NCBI GenBank assembly: GCA_048013815.1
Contig: CM106586.1
Location: forward strand, 4,278,001-4,342,000
DNA: 64,000 nt
Source of the DNA: Setoptus koraiensis
Taxonomy: Eukaryota; Animalia; Arthropoda
Reading direction: 5' to 3'
Shown here piece by piece: positions 13,766 to 25,300 of this stretch (position 1 is its first letter; each line of letters opens with the position of its first letter). The translations under genes were made by a program, and so were the position numbers. The notes below the pieces were generated by a model. The model saw only the letters and a list, made by a program, of their open reading frames with translations, had not been told where the DNA came from and did no database searches.

Positions 13766-14507
13766 CACGGAGCGTGTAGTGGCGTCGAGTCGCGACTTGC
13801 GAGGATTATAAACTATTATTATCATTATTATCTAGCGCTGGATTCCATCGGCCAGACATTGTCTAGACTCGAGAGCACTCAATGCTCGCCGCCAACAGGC
13901 CGCCGTGTTACGTAAGGCGAGCGGGCGAGCGGCCCAACGGGCCAACGAGCGAAACGGCGAACGGGCGAACGGGCGAACGGGGCCCCTCTCAAGTGTTTAC
14001 ATTTATCTTCTTGTGTGTGTGTGTGTGTGTGTGTGTGTGACGACTATCACGACGAAGCGACTCCCACCCACCACTCATATAACTGATGTAACTGTCAGGC
14101 CACTCACATAAACACAGAGACGACGACACACAACAAACATGGCATAATTCATTTGACACTATTACATCACTATTTGCTGACTATTTGCGAGATGGCGCAT
14201 CAGGGAGCCGGCGCAACGCGCAGCGCCATCTCGTGCGCTACATCGCGCCCAGTGGCCCGCTTGCGCTGGCTTGTGTCGGCCGAGATTTTTTCGCCGGTGT
14301 CGCCGGCTTCAAGTGATGAATTTTGATGATGTATTTTATCATTGCAATTTTAGCAATTTGTGGACATCACAAACAATCTTTTGTCCACCAGCGACAATGT
14401 GCCATCACGACAGGCCAATGGAGCAGCCTCACAAACAAACAATCAGCTTGCAACGACAACACAATTGTCGGCCATCTCGTAATAGGTGGCGTTGCTGGCC
14501 ACACGAC

Positions 14508-14566
14508 CGACCAACAACCGACAAACGACCGACCAACAACCGACCAACAACCGACCAACAACCGAC
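14508..14566. repeat. 11-bp tandem repeat (GACCAACAACC), about 5 copies
   Basis: Read directly from the sequence. Confidence 0.8.
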
Positions 14567-17162
14567 ACACAACGGCAACAATGAACAACATTGTGCTGCA
14601 TCGTGAGCCGTCTCATGAACTCAAGGTGGCCCCTCGACCGAGCTAGCTCGCCAACGAGCCAACGCAGCCGCGGAAATAGGCCAAATGCGGTTGTGGTGTG
14701 AGTGGCTTCACTTGTAATAGTTGGTGGCAAGAACAATGATCTCTCGTTCTGTTGACTGGAAGTGCAGCACTTGTTAGACAAACGGCCAGTTATCGCCGGT
14801 CACTTTGTTGGCAGCCGTGAGTGTGGTCACCGGCTAAAAATATAATATTACGACGACGACGACGACGACCATTTAAATAGCGACAAAATGCGGTATCATT
14901 GACCAGTCGGCCTGGCGAACATTCTGGAGCGGCTCATTAAGCCGGCGAGCCGTCGGCGCATCGTCGCAGTCGACTGGCCGTGTGCGAGAGTGATAATAAA
15001 CGCTGACCACAAGATATAAATAATATATTGTTGCCGCTGCTGCTACCGCCAGCGCAAAACGGCCGCTTGTTTGTGGCTATGCCAATTACTATCGTTCTCT
15101 GGTCCAGTCGCCACAACTCATTATGTCAGTACATAGTGGAACAAGGACCTCGACCTGAGATTAGACATTACTATTTCGAAGCATCTGTTACAAACGGCCA
15201 TGCGATAGGTCAGCGAGATTAGACCAAGCAGCGGGCAACAGGTTCACTTTTGGCTCATCTTCTCATCTTCGCTGGCTCGATGGGCGAGCAACCAACAACC
15301 GCGCCAGCAACAACAGCAACAACAACAACAACGGCACCACTAACAACGCCAACAACAACAGCATCACTAACAACGGCGCCAGCAACAAACTCGAAACATG
15401 TAATCGGCGACGCTCCTTGTTCTGCTGCGTCGCTGCTTAATGGTCAACCACAAAAACGTATCAAATAGCTTTAACCTCGATTAACGAGACGCCAGCGATG
15501 AGCATGGCGAAAGAAAACTAGATTATCAAGGTGTTCTTCTTCCATTACGTATCAGGTCTGAATGCTGCGGCGGCGGCTGCTGCATGTGTCGCCAATGTGT
15601 TCGCCAGCTCGCCGGTCACACTCTCATAAATGCTACATATAATAGCTATAGATGTTTGTTTGAGAATAACTTGAGATATGTAGATGATGCATGATTGTGA
15701 GGCCACTAACACCACCGCCGAGTGCATAGTTGTTATAAATACCGGTATAATATGTGTTTGTGTCTCAAACGAAAGCGACTTTTTGTTTGTTATCATCGTC
15801 ATGCATCTCGGTGCTGCAGTGCATCATCACCATGACGATTTTGTCCAGATATCATCGTCGTTCATTGAGCCAGCGCTCAGTTAGACATAATAGGGATGGC
15901 CAAAAGTAGCAACTCACTTATCCATCGGCTCATATGGCAACCAATAATATATTTGTTTGCAGCGCCACTCGTTGTTGTTGTCCAATATTGCTGTCTTGTT
16001 CAAGTTGGCTGTCTTGTGGTGGTCAAGCGAACAACAACAACAACATAATGGTTCAGCTTTGTTGTTATGCACATTTACAGTACAGTATAAATCACGTAAT
16101 TCATGCACTGTCACTCTCAAGATGGTTTCTGCTGGTTTGTCCAAGGCTAATATTGGCCACAAATTGCACCAATTCCGAGACAAGCACACACTTGTTGCAC
16201 CTCATCTAAAATATGCTGCCCAATACACACCTTGTTGTTGTATTATGTGCCAAGGCAATATAATAATATTATCATGTTTATGTGGAGCATCAAATATGCC
16301 TAGGTAGAAAGTGAAACAATCAAGATAAAGTTTATGCCAGCGGTATACAACTGGCTGGTAATTCTTTTTCACTTGTTTCACTTATTTTGCTGTGTTATCA
16401 CAGTTGAGTGTGAGTGGCACCAGTTTAGCTGGTTGTTGTAGGTGCGCCACTATATAAAATACCATGGCATCATGATGATTTTTTCACAGTATTCTTATCT
16501 GAAGCTTATCATGGAGCCGCTATCGCCGCTTGCGTATTCATATCAGGCAGATAGCGATGAGATAGCCAGATGAGACGAGAGCGGCAAGAGAAGATTTGGA
16601 TTCGGATTTGGATTTGTTTTTGTTTTTATGTTTGCAAGTTGCATCATCAATTCAATATAGCATTGTAAACCTAGTTCAAGTTACACATGACCAGCAAAAA
16701 CTTTTAGCGCTGAGTGGCCAAGCTATATTTAGTTGGTGACTCCTCCCAGACTTTCTCGGCTTATAATTGCCAAGAGCTATGTCAGGGTTTACTTCTTTTT
16801 AATGCTAACATTAGACACTGCACAACAAAAGTTAGTCGTCTCAGGTAAAAACAAAAAGCGAAAGTTACCTATGTGTTTATATTGGCCAGATGAAAGCAAA
16901 AGTCTCTACATGCACCCAGTCAATAGACGTCTTCTTTGCTGACCATAGCTGCTGACCAATCATTTTAGTTAAGTTTATACTTTATAATGTGTTGATCAAC
17001 ATCTCAGAGCAAAACATTCACGCAATCGAGCCCAAAGAGACAACAGTGTCAGTACTATTTCAGTCGAGTAAACAGTAACAGTAATAGTTGTTGTTATACA
17101 CATAAATGAACAACAATAAGTCCTCATTTAAAAGATTGAACACAAAACACATATCAGTTACG

Positions 17163-18606
17163 ATGAGAACCTCATCTGCCCTAATAACGGTAGCGTTATT
17201 AAACATATTAATATGCATAGGTAAATATAACAAACAAGAACAAACACTTAATCTGAAATTGTTTCAAATAATTGTTATAAACTACTGATTGGAAAGTGAC
17301 TTGTGTCAGTCTATTTCCGTCAAGTGTTACAAAAATTATATTGCGACCAATATGTACCCCATTGGTGATAAATTGACTTGACCGATCATTAACTGTATTT
17401 TATCAATTATTATTTAATTATGTAACAGTGTATGCACAACGTCCAGCCTCACAAGCCGCACAAAACTTTTGTCGGGCCAACAAGGGTAAAAATGGTGCTG
17501 TGTTCGCTCATGAAGAATATTGTGATTACTATTATGAATGCGACCAAGCTACCGATGAACCAGTACTCCAGGCCTGTCCAAACGGTCTGGCGTTTGCAGG
17601 TCTCAAACGAGGCTTGACCAGCAATTGCGACTACCCACACAGAGTGTCTTGCCCAGACGGAACCAGAGTCATTGGACGTAAGTAGTAGACTCACATAGCC
17701 GACACGTTGTTTCACGTTCTTTAGATTGAATACCTAAAATACCAATGAAAGAGCTCTGTTGTAACTATCATCAAATTCTTTTCCTATATCCTATATCAAA
17801 CAGAACAACCAATGACCTCAGAGAACTGTCAATGGCAATATGGAGTTTTCCCTCATACAACATCCTGTACAAGATACTGGCATTGTTGGAACGGAACAGC
17901 AACAATTCAACAGTGTCCATTCTCACTCCTGTACAATGACGCTATTCATGCTTGTGACTGGCCAGATAATGTTCCAGATTGCCAAAAACATCGTAAGTTA
18001 TCCAGCACTAAACTAACCAACACAAAATGATAATAATCGCTGCGTATTCGTGACTTGTTGCTAATTCTATATCTAAATTTTTTATCTCATGATCTATATA
18101 CAGCAATCTGTAAAGATACACCTAACGGTCTAGTCTTCATTGAGAAATCATGTGTTAGATATTGGTTGTGTGTCGGAGGTTATCCAAGATTACAAAGATG
18201 TCCAGCTGGTCTAGCTGTAAACCCAACAACTCTCAAATGTGAATTAGCAACAACAGTTCCAGGCTGGTAAGTTTGGTGTTTTAGTCGAACTATGAATCCT
18301 TGGGAGTCATTCTTGACCACACTATTCCATCAACTCGTTATTATTATATCTTTTCTCAAAACTTGATTAACAATGTCTTATCCCTCTCTTAATTATCCTC
18401 TCAAATTATCCAGTGAACCACCACCAACCACTACTCCCGCCGAAGAGGAGACATCAGAGGGCGGAGCCCAGGGTAACAATGGCTCCACCGCTAGCGGCAG
18501 CCAAGAGGCTCCAGCTCAAGGAGGTCCAGGTAGTCAAGCGAGACCATCAAATTCGTTCCCAACCGCCTTTAGAGGTCCAACACAGGCGACAAGAGTTGCC
18601 GGATAA
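17163..18606 (+). CDS. obst: Obstructor/CPAP3-family secreted cuticle protein with three chitin-binding peritrophin-A (CBM14) domains and a P/S/G/T-rich tail; join(17163..17220,17429..17677,17804..17992,18104..18266,18414..18606), 283 aa
   Basis: Signal-peptide exon MRTSSALITVALLNILICI. All four introns are GT-AG with compatible phases (852 nt in total). Three 6-Cys domains (CDYYYEC..CPNG, CTRYWHCWNG, CVRYWLCVGGYPRLQRCPAG). AATAAA near 18775. Confidence 0.93.
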
Positions 18607-19000
18607 CAACCTATATCCCGTTTGATGATAATGCTGGATTCATAGAAAGAAGATCAATCGAAGTCAAGCCAATGCAAGAAAATGATGATGACTCCTTGAA
18701 TCAACGTCCACCTTTAATATAATCGGGCTGTTATGTTGTTAGAGTAGTATTCTGTTAAATTGTTAAACATTTGCAATAAAAATGCACAATTGTATTCTGG
18801 TCTGGTCTGGTCTGATCTAGCACACAACGGAAAGTTGTTTGATCTTTCTAGTAAAAATATTGCATCGGTTGAAGGTTGTTATGGGGTGTTTTCAAAAGCT
18901 TTGCAGACAGTAACACAGAGAATGTCGGTAGTGTGGCGAGCTTGTGGGTGAATTTCGTAATCATCCGTTAATAATAATTGGGAATAATTATATATAGGCA

Positions 19001-19456
19001 TCATCCGCAGCAACCACCGCTGCTACATCCCATCATTGGCGGTGCTGGCGGTGGGTCCGTTATTCTGCCCATCCCTCTTGGTCCGAAAGGTCTTGGGCCC
19101 TTGTTTCCCTTGTTACTGCCACTGCTACCACTACCCCCGCCTCCGCCGCCCGAGAACGGACTGGAGAATGTTCCTCCGTTAGAGTTTGTATGTTTGTCGT
19201 CATTCTTCTTATCGCTGGAGCTATCCAATCCTACCAATGTTTTGAAGAATGATACAAAGAACAGGATTATCTTCCAGAAGATGTTTGTATGGTATTGCTC
19301 TACAACTTCTCCTCCTGAATTACAAAATGGAAGCGGACGATTAAAGTAGGAAAGTTATTATCGGCATCTTTGTGTGTAGTATATAAAATATCCTATCCGA
19401 CTGTTGAGTATCATCAAGATGATGTAGCACTACTTACTTGAATTAATGTAGACCAT
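19001..19456 (-). CDS. SelK: Selenoprotein K homologue, copy A (Cys form); join complement(19438..19456,19001..19314), 110 aa
   Basis: MVYINS|RGEVV start (human MVYISNGQV, fly MVYIDHNGRVWE); single TM IFWKIILFFVSFFKTL; G-rich tail; MGRI motif, PPPAPP and terminal GGCCG*. The 123-nt intron has GTAAGT and TTCAG ends. Confidence 0.88.
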
Positions 19457-20238
19457 TTTGCGATATGATGGGGTGATCCTCGAATGTTTCCAATAGACAA
19501 CAGTGATATTCCAATCTATTTATCCTCAAATAGTCAATCCTTGCCTCCCAAATGTCGTCGAGATAATGTTACTCAATCACAAGTTCTGATTTTATGCGCC
19601 GTGTACATGATAATAATTATTTGGTTGTTCTCAAAGTAGTAAAGACGGAAGAAACAAACCAACAAACAAAACAAGAGAAATGACGTTCTAGAGGAAAAGG
19701 TTTGTTCGTCATGTTTTGCGTAAATATACAAAAGACAAACAAACTGATGAGATCATCATTGCATTTTGAGGCACACGAAAACAGAGTAACAACAGAGACG
19801 AGTTGTGTGCGCGTCAACACGATACCTGAAATTGCACAACGAAGAGCGAGTTATTTGATGTTTGAATTGCGCGCTTAAACAGACAAGCTGAGATTCCGAA
19901 TAAACTCTGTTTTCTAGATAAATCCACATTGTGTTGGCCTTGATAATTATCTAGAAACTGAACTAATCTATTGCTTTGGACAAGCCAGCTCCGCGCAAAC
20001 ATTACATAATGCATTGGAGATACATATGGTGTGCTCCTCGAATACGTCAATCACTTGCTTAATCTCATCTGCTTAGCTTTATGGAGGGCCGCTCATTATC
20101 ATCATACAAATATTATTAAATTATTCACTTCATAAGCAATATACAATTACATGTAATTGTCGATTTCGTTAGACAACTCACCCGCATACCATATTTCAAT
20201 TGTTTAAGACACAAGCAACTGACAAAAAATTACTCAAC

Positions 20239-20889
20239 ATGAACAGTGAGCTAGAATTCTCCACTCAGGCGTATTGCAAGATAGTGATGCATGTCATGAA
20301 ACACTGTCATACAACTTGCACCGGTTTACTATTGTCGCCTAACCCAAAAGTTTCATCGCGCCAAGGCGATACCCAGGAAGGATCATCAAACAGATTAGTC
20401 ATCATCGATTCTATTCCTCTATTTCATCATGGCACTAATCCTACCACACCAAATTATGAGATCGCTTTGAATTCTGTTGCAGTGTACGCGCAACATCAAC
20501 AACTTCGCATAAGCGGCATCTATCAAGCCAGAGGTGAATCCGATAACACGCCTGACATTTTCAGTCGAAGAATAACAGAAAAAATCTCTGAGGCAGGTAA
20601 TGAAAACGCCATCTTATGTATGATCGACAATTATGGCTTTCAAACAATGGAAGCTAACTCGATACTACGTCCATATCAACTAGTTGATGGAAGGCTCAAA
20701 CCAACTAATACTTCAGTTATCGTCGAAGGCAACAACAATGAGCGTTTAAACAAAGAAATATTACTCTCCAAAGACAAATTATACAGGGCAATTGTGGATT
20801 TTGATGACCATCTAGATGATATCTCACTTGACTGGACTAATGCTCGCGTGACACAAAAAATTGATTATCTATGTGCTCACATATGCTAG
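20239..20889 (+). CDS. EMC8/9: ER membrane protein complex subunit 8/9 (UPF0172/COX4NB family), intronless
   Basis: Motifs TQAYCKIVMH, IDSIPLFH and VDFDDHLDDISLDWTN match the family. ATG at 20239; the TTG at 20200 in the ORF track is probably upstream sequence. Confidence 0.9.
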   Translation: MNSELEFSTQAYCKIVMHVMKHCHTTCTGLLLSPNPKVSSRQGDTQEGSSNRLVIIDSIPLFHHGTNPTTPNYEIALNSVAVYAQHQQLRISGIYQARGESDNTPDIFSRRITEKISEAGNENAILCMIDNYGFQTMEANSILRPYQLVDGRLKPTNTSVIVEGNNNERLNKEILLSKDKLYRAIVDFDDHLDDISLDWTNARVTQKIDYLCAHIC

Positions 20890-21001
20890 TATTGACACTA
20901 GATGGACTGGGTAGATGATATCAGCAGATTTTAGTTGTGTAATCTTTGTACTAAAAACACTAGTTGGTTTTGGCCAATTTGATCAATCACGAATTGTGTC
21001 A

Positions 21002-22393
21002 TTACGATATTTCATTCACATGTTCATTGTGTGTTGTATCACCACCCTCGATTAATCTTGCGGACAATCTTTTACGATCCGATGCTGATCTGTTTAGCTC
21101 ACCACCATTGGAGTTGTCGAGTACTATTAAAACTATTGAAAATATCACGGATATAGCCACCCACAGGACGAAGAACAATTCCAATAGTATATAGCCTTTC
21201 CAGTCTACCAATATTCCGGCAACATTTGATAGTACAGCTAGTCCAAGATTTTGTATGGCTTGCATCACTCCATAGGCTGTTCCGAGTTGTCTTTGCGGTA
21301 CAACGAACGCAACCAGGGGCCACAGAGCACTACAGAGTACCGAGTATCCAATACCTAGAAAAACAACCGGTATCCAAAGGTTTATAACAGTCACAGCCAT
21401 AGCCATGTGACTAAACATGACTAATAAACACGCAACCAATAAAAATATCAAATTACGTCCAACCATATCTACCAATAATCCTATAAATGGTGATGATACA
21501 GCGGATATCACATATATGAGGCTGTTGGCGGCGTTCGCTTCGTCGGGTGTAAAACTCCATTTAGAAACAAAAAACTCAGATGCTAATGCTATAAAAGGGA
21601 ATATTGTCGCATAGAAGCTTATGCAAATGACAGTGAGCAGCCAGAACTCTGCTTTGAAGTCTTTGACATCTGTAAAATTGACTTTGTCCCCACTTCGAAT
21701 TTCTTCTCTTTTCATTATTCTTGCGGCGCGTCTATCCAAGAAGCCTACTATGAGGCTGCAAATGAACGAAAGTACACATGTCAGGCTAGCTATCATCAAT
21801 GTATATCCTAGAACGTTTCTTGAATCGTATTTCTCGGCTAGTTGATTGTAAACCCTCCCCATTGTGTTGAAATTAAGTGTACTTCCAGCTCTCGACACAC
21901 TAATTTGAAAGCCAAAAACCATATTCAATTCTCTACCTTTAAACCAGGCGACTGTATAGGTATTTTGAGCAACAGCAAGTGACTCGCCACCCAGACCGAA
22001 AATGAATCGGCCCAACTGCATCATCCAGAATTGATGGAATAGGGCACCTGAGGCAAAAACAATCTGTCCTAATAATAGTAGCGCCATGAAGAGAACTGCA
22101 CTTAGTCTGATTCCAAGAACTTGATCGATGAGAATGCCCCCAAAGAAACACATGATCACATTTGGCCATGAATACAATGCGTAGAGGGACGTGAATTGGC
22201 TTGTTGTCACGGACATATCCTGTTCTATGTGTGTTTCTAAGGCACCTGGGTTGTCATAACAGAAATAACTACCGAACCCCATCAGGCTAATAAATATCAG
22301 GGTGAAGTATCGATGGTGGGGCCTGTGCGGATCAAATATGGCCCAGGAACCGATGCCATTCCTTTTAGGTTGTACCTCACAGTCCTCCTCCAT
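21002..22393 (-). CDS. MFSD1: Major facilitator superfamily domain-containing protein 1 (lysosomal MFS transporter), intronless, 463 aa
   Basis: Motifs GFGSYFCYDNPGAL, LYSWPNVIMCFFGGILID, GRFIFGLGGESLAVAQNTY and GTAYGVMQAIQNLG; about 12 hydrophobic segments. Confidence 0.95.
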   Translation of the reverse strand: MEEDCEVQPKRNGIGSWAIFDPHRPHHRYFTLIFISLMGFGSYFCYDNPGALETHIEQDMSVTTSQFTSLYALYSWPNVIMCFFGGILIDQVLGIRLSAVLFMALLLLGQIVFASGALFHQFWMMQLGRFIFGLGGESLAVAQNTYTVAWFKGRELNMVFGFQISVSRAGSTLNFNTMGRVYNQLAEKYDSRNVLGYTLMIASLTCVLSFICSLIVGFLDRRAARIMKREEIRSGDKVNFTDVKDFKAEFWLLTVICISFYATIFPFIALASEFFVSKWSFTPDEANAANSLIYVISAVSSPFIGLLVDMVGRNLIFLLVACLLVMFSHMAMAVTVINLWIPVVFLGIGYSVLCSALWPLVAFVVPQRQLGTAYGVMQAIQNLGLAVLSNVAGILVDWKGYILLELFFVLWVAISVIFSIVLIVLDNSNGGELNRSASDRKRLSARLIEGGDTTHNEHVNEIS

Positions 22394-23545
22394 GTTGATA
22401 GGTCTGGATTGGTGTCTGGGTGCGGCAGTCTGAGGTTCACTGCGAGTATTGAATGAAATTGATTGTTGTCAGATGCGACCAATGGGTGAATGCATGAATG
22501 TGTTCTGACGGGAAGGTTCGATGGGTGACAGTTTGTGATTAAAATCTAATAATGATGATATACGAATGAATTAGAAAGGCCACCTAAAAAGTTGGTAGGA
22601 GGGCTGGGGAGTAAAACAGGATGATTTCTAGATAAGATGATATTTTACATGTACCAATGGCAAACACATTCATACATATGGATTAATCCCAACCGCAACA
22701 ATATCAGTATGGCTACCACTTGTGAGCCATACGCTCGCCATGTTTGTAATCGAAACTGAGTTCATTGGGTGACCATTTAAAAAGTGGCACCACACACTGA
22801 TAAATGTGTTGCCATAACTGTTCTGTGTGAAACACAATGACGCGCCCAGTTGAAGATTTCTTATGTAGGTGTTGCTCCTGTTCCCTTGTTTTCAGCACAA
22901 CTGAAATACAGATAAGCGCTCTCTATGTATGAAGTCACCAACTAAATTATAACCCAAATGCCCGATGCACAATTTCGAGTACAAAAATAGAACACGAACA
23001 CTTCATGTACATGTTGTGCGTCCTTCAGATGTTATCTATGCTTCAGTTGTGCACCCTGAGAGCAGTTACATCTTCGGGCACAGAAAATATGTCGCGTACA
23101 AAATGTGAATTCGCGCAACGACGTGCAACCTTGTTAGGCACTGTGGGGGCTAGAGTAGTACATTCGCATGCATATTGAGCGTTTTCAAGTTTGCATGTGA
23201 ACTTGGAATTGAATATCAGTGCACAACTATGAACAAACATAAACAAACTGGCAAGCGTGTTGTTTGTATTGACGACAAGCTGATCTAGCGAAATTCTGCC
23301 GACAACCTCCTTTGGTATTATTTTTGGCCACCATATGATTGTTAGACGGATCTATCAATCTGATTTAATCAAATATTCACATCCCATAACAATAGCAACA
23401 GATATCTACTACCTTCGGCTTGCTAAAGAATTAATGTTGTAAAATACGTCATCTATAGTGGAGTATCGGCTGCGATTTGAGCCAAATATTACGATACAGA
23501 CAATAACCCGATCGTGGTAGATACAAGTAACAAATTCATTTCAAA

Positions 23546-24004
23546 ATGGTCTACATCAATTCAAGTAAGTATTTTCAGTAACTTATCTTGTCTAGACTGA
23601 ACAGTCTACTAAGATTCTTATCACCAACTGATAACAATAGAAGGCTAATAACCAACACTAATCAATCGTCTGATCCACCCTATGATTCAGGAGGGGAGGT
23701 TGTCGAGCAGTACCGTACAAACATCTTCTGGAAGATAATCCTGTTCTTTGTATCATTCTTCAAAACACTGGTAGGATTGGATAGCTCTAGCGATAAGAAG
23801 AATGACGACAAACATACAAACTCCAACGGAGGAACATTCTCCAGTCCGTTCTCGGGCGGCGGAGGCGGAGGTAGTGGTAGCAGTGGCAGTAACAAGGGAA
23901 ACAAGGGCCCAAGACCTTTCGGACCAAGAAAATTGGCCACAATAACAGACTTACCACGAGCACCACCAACGATGGGATGCAGTAGCGGTGGTTGCTGCGG
24001 GTGA
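23546..24004 (+). CDS. SelK: Selenoprotein K homologue, copy B (Cys form); join(23546..23564,23691..24004), 110 aa
   Basis: Same exon sizes (19+314 nt) and intron phase as copy A; 126-nt GTAAGT..TTCAG intron; ends GGCCG*. Confidence 0.88.
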
Positions 24005-25300
24005 TCTCTCTGAAGTTTTAAAGTGAATTTTCCAGCCCAATCAATGTGGAAATCATCAATTAAATGCAAACAAAAAAGAACACTTATAACTCGTTAAATT
24101 GAAGTCAAATTCCGCATAGCTGCGCCCACAAAACTGACTCCGCTATATAAATATAGTTGGTCCTTTCAATGAAGAGTGATCCATTTCTTTCCCTATCCAG
24201 GCGCCCATCGCTGGCTTGCATTTGCATGCATGTCGATAGACGAAATATGGCATGTTGGCCATCTGAAAAATCTCGCTTAGTCGCTTGTTATATGAATGAA
24301 GTAGATGATTACCACGATAGGCAAAGTTTTTTTGTTAAAGTAATATTTCTGAAAGTTTGTATTTAGACCAGAACTACCTGGATAAATTTCGTTCACGTCC
24401 TTGAAGCCATATTTGTTTACCCGGAAACACCAAATTTTGACCTTTACTGTCATAAAAACCGACAAATAGTATATGTTTTCACGAATTCTGTCACAACTAC
24501 TTTGCAACTAGATGTCGATGGAGAACGGCAATTGATGAGTTTTTGGATTTTGTGTTCATAAAACGAAAAAATGACATACAAAGATCCGACGTTTGGATCT
24601 CAAAAACGGACTTTGGGTAGTTTTAACTATCAATTTTGCTGGGATAGCATCGTCCTGTATGGTCGCCATGCCTTTGTTGCTGTTAACGGTAGCCTCATAC
24701 TTTATTCCGAGAACTTGAGCGCTTGCCTAGAGTAAGCTTAACTAGCGCCCTTTTATGCCAGTAATTGTTGCCTTGTTTTCATCCCCATTGCAGGACAAAC
24801 GCATGAGTACTTTGGAACTACACGAGAATTGTCAAGGCTGTTTTGACAGAGAGTCCCAACATCCAGCGCAAACTATTGTTGTTGTTGTCCAAAAATAATT
24901 GTTCATGCAGCATCATCTTTCGAATGGTTCGCTTAGTTTGGTGCGTCAGCGGGGGCCTCAAATTTGTAACGTCTAACTTGTCTGGCCCCGTTTTTTTTTT
25001 TCACATTGTCGAAAACACACTCTCGCAAGCCCTGAAACTCTTTACTGGCAATTGAATGTTGGGAGATTCTAAAAATATCCATATCAAAAGTTTATTTTGG
25101 AATCAACTCATGGCAAGGAAAACAAGAAAATACTGCCACTCAAATAAATGATATATAGTGATGGATGGTTCACCATTTTTAGTCATAAGCACTCTAGAGC
25201 TCATCAGCTCAAATCAACTGAGTCGTCAATAGTTTTATAGCTACAAACTCACAGTTCAAAACTCATCACGTACGCTGACTGGACCAATCGATTGTTCACA

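Noticed and set aside
16470-16502. ATGATGA...CTGA, a C/D-box-like pair
   Set aside because: The boxes are only about 30 nt apart, with no terminal stem or evident guide.
18978-19349. Pro-rich ORFs at 18978-19349 (+) and 23680-24069 (-), and the 23588 start
   Set aside because: These are antisense shadows of the SelK exons; the 23588 start lies in the SelK-B intron.
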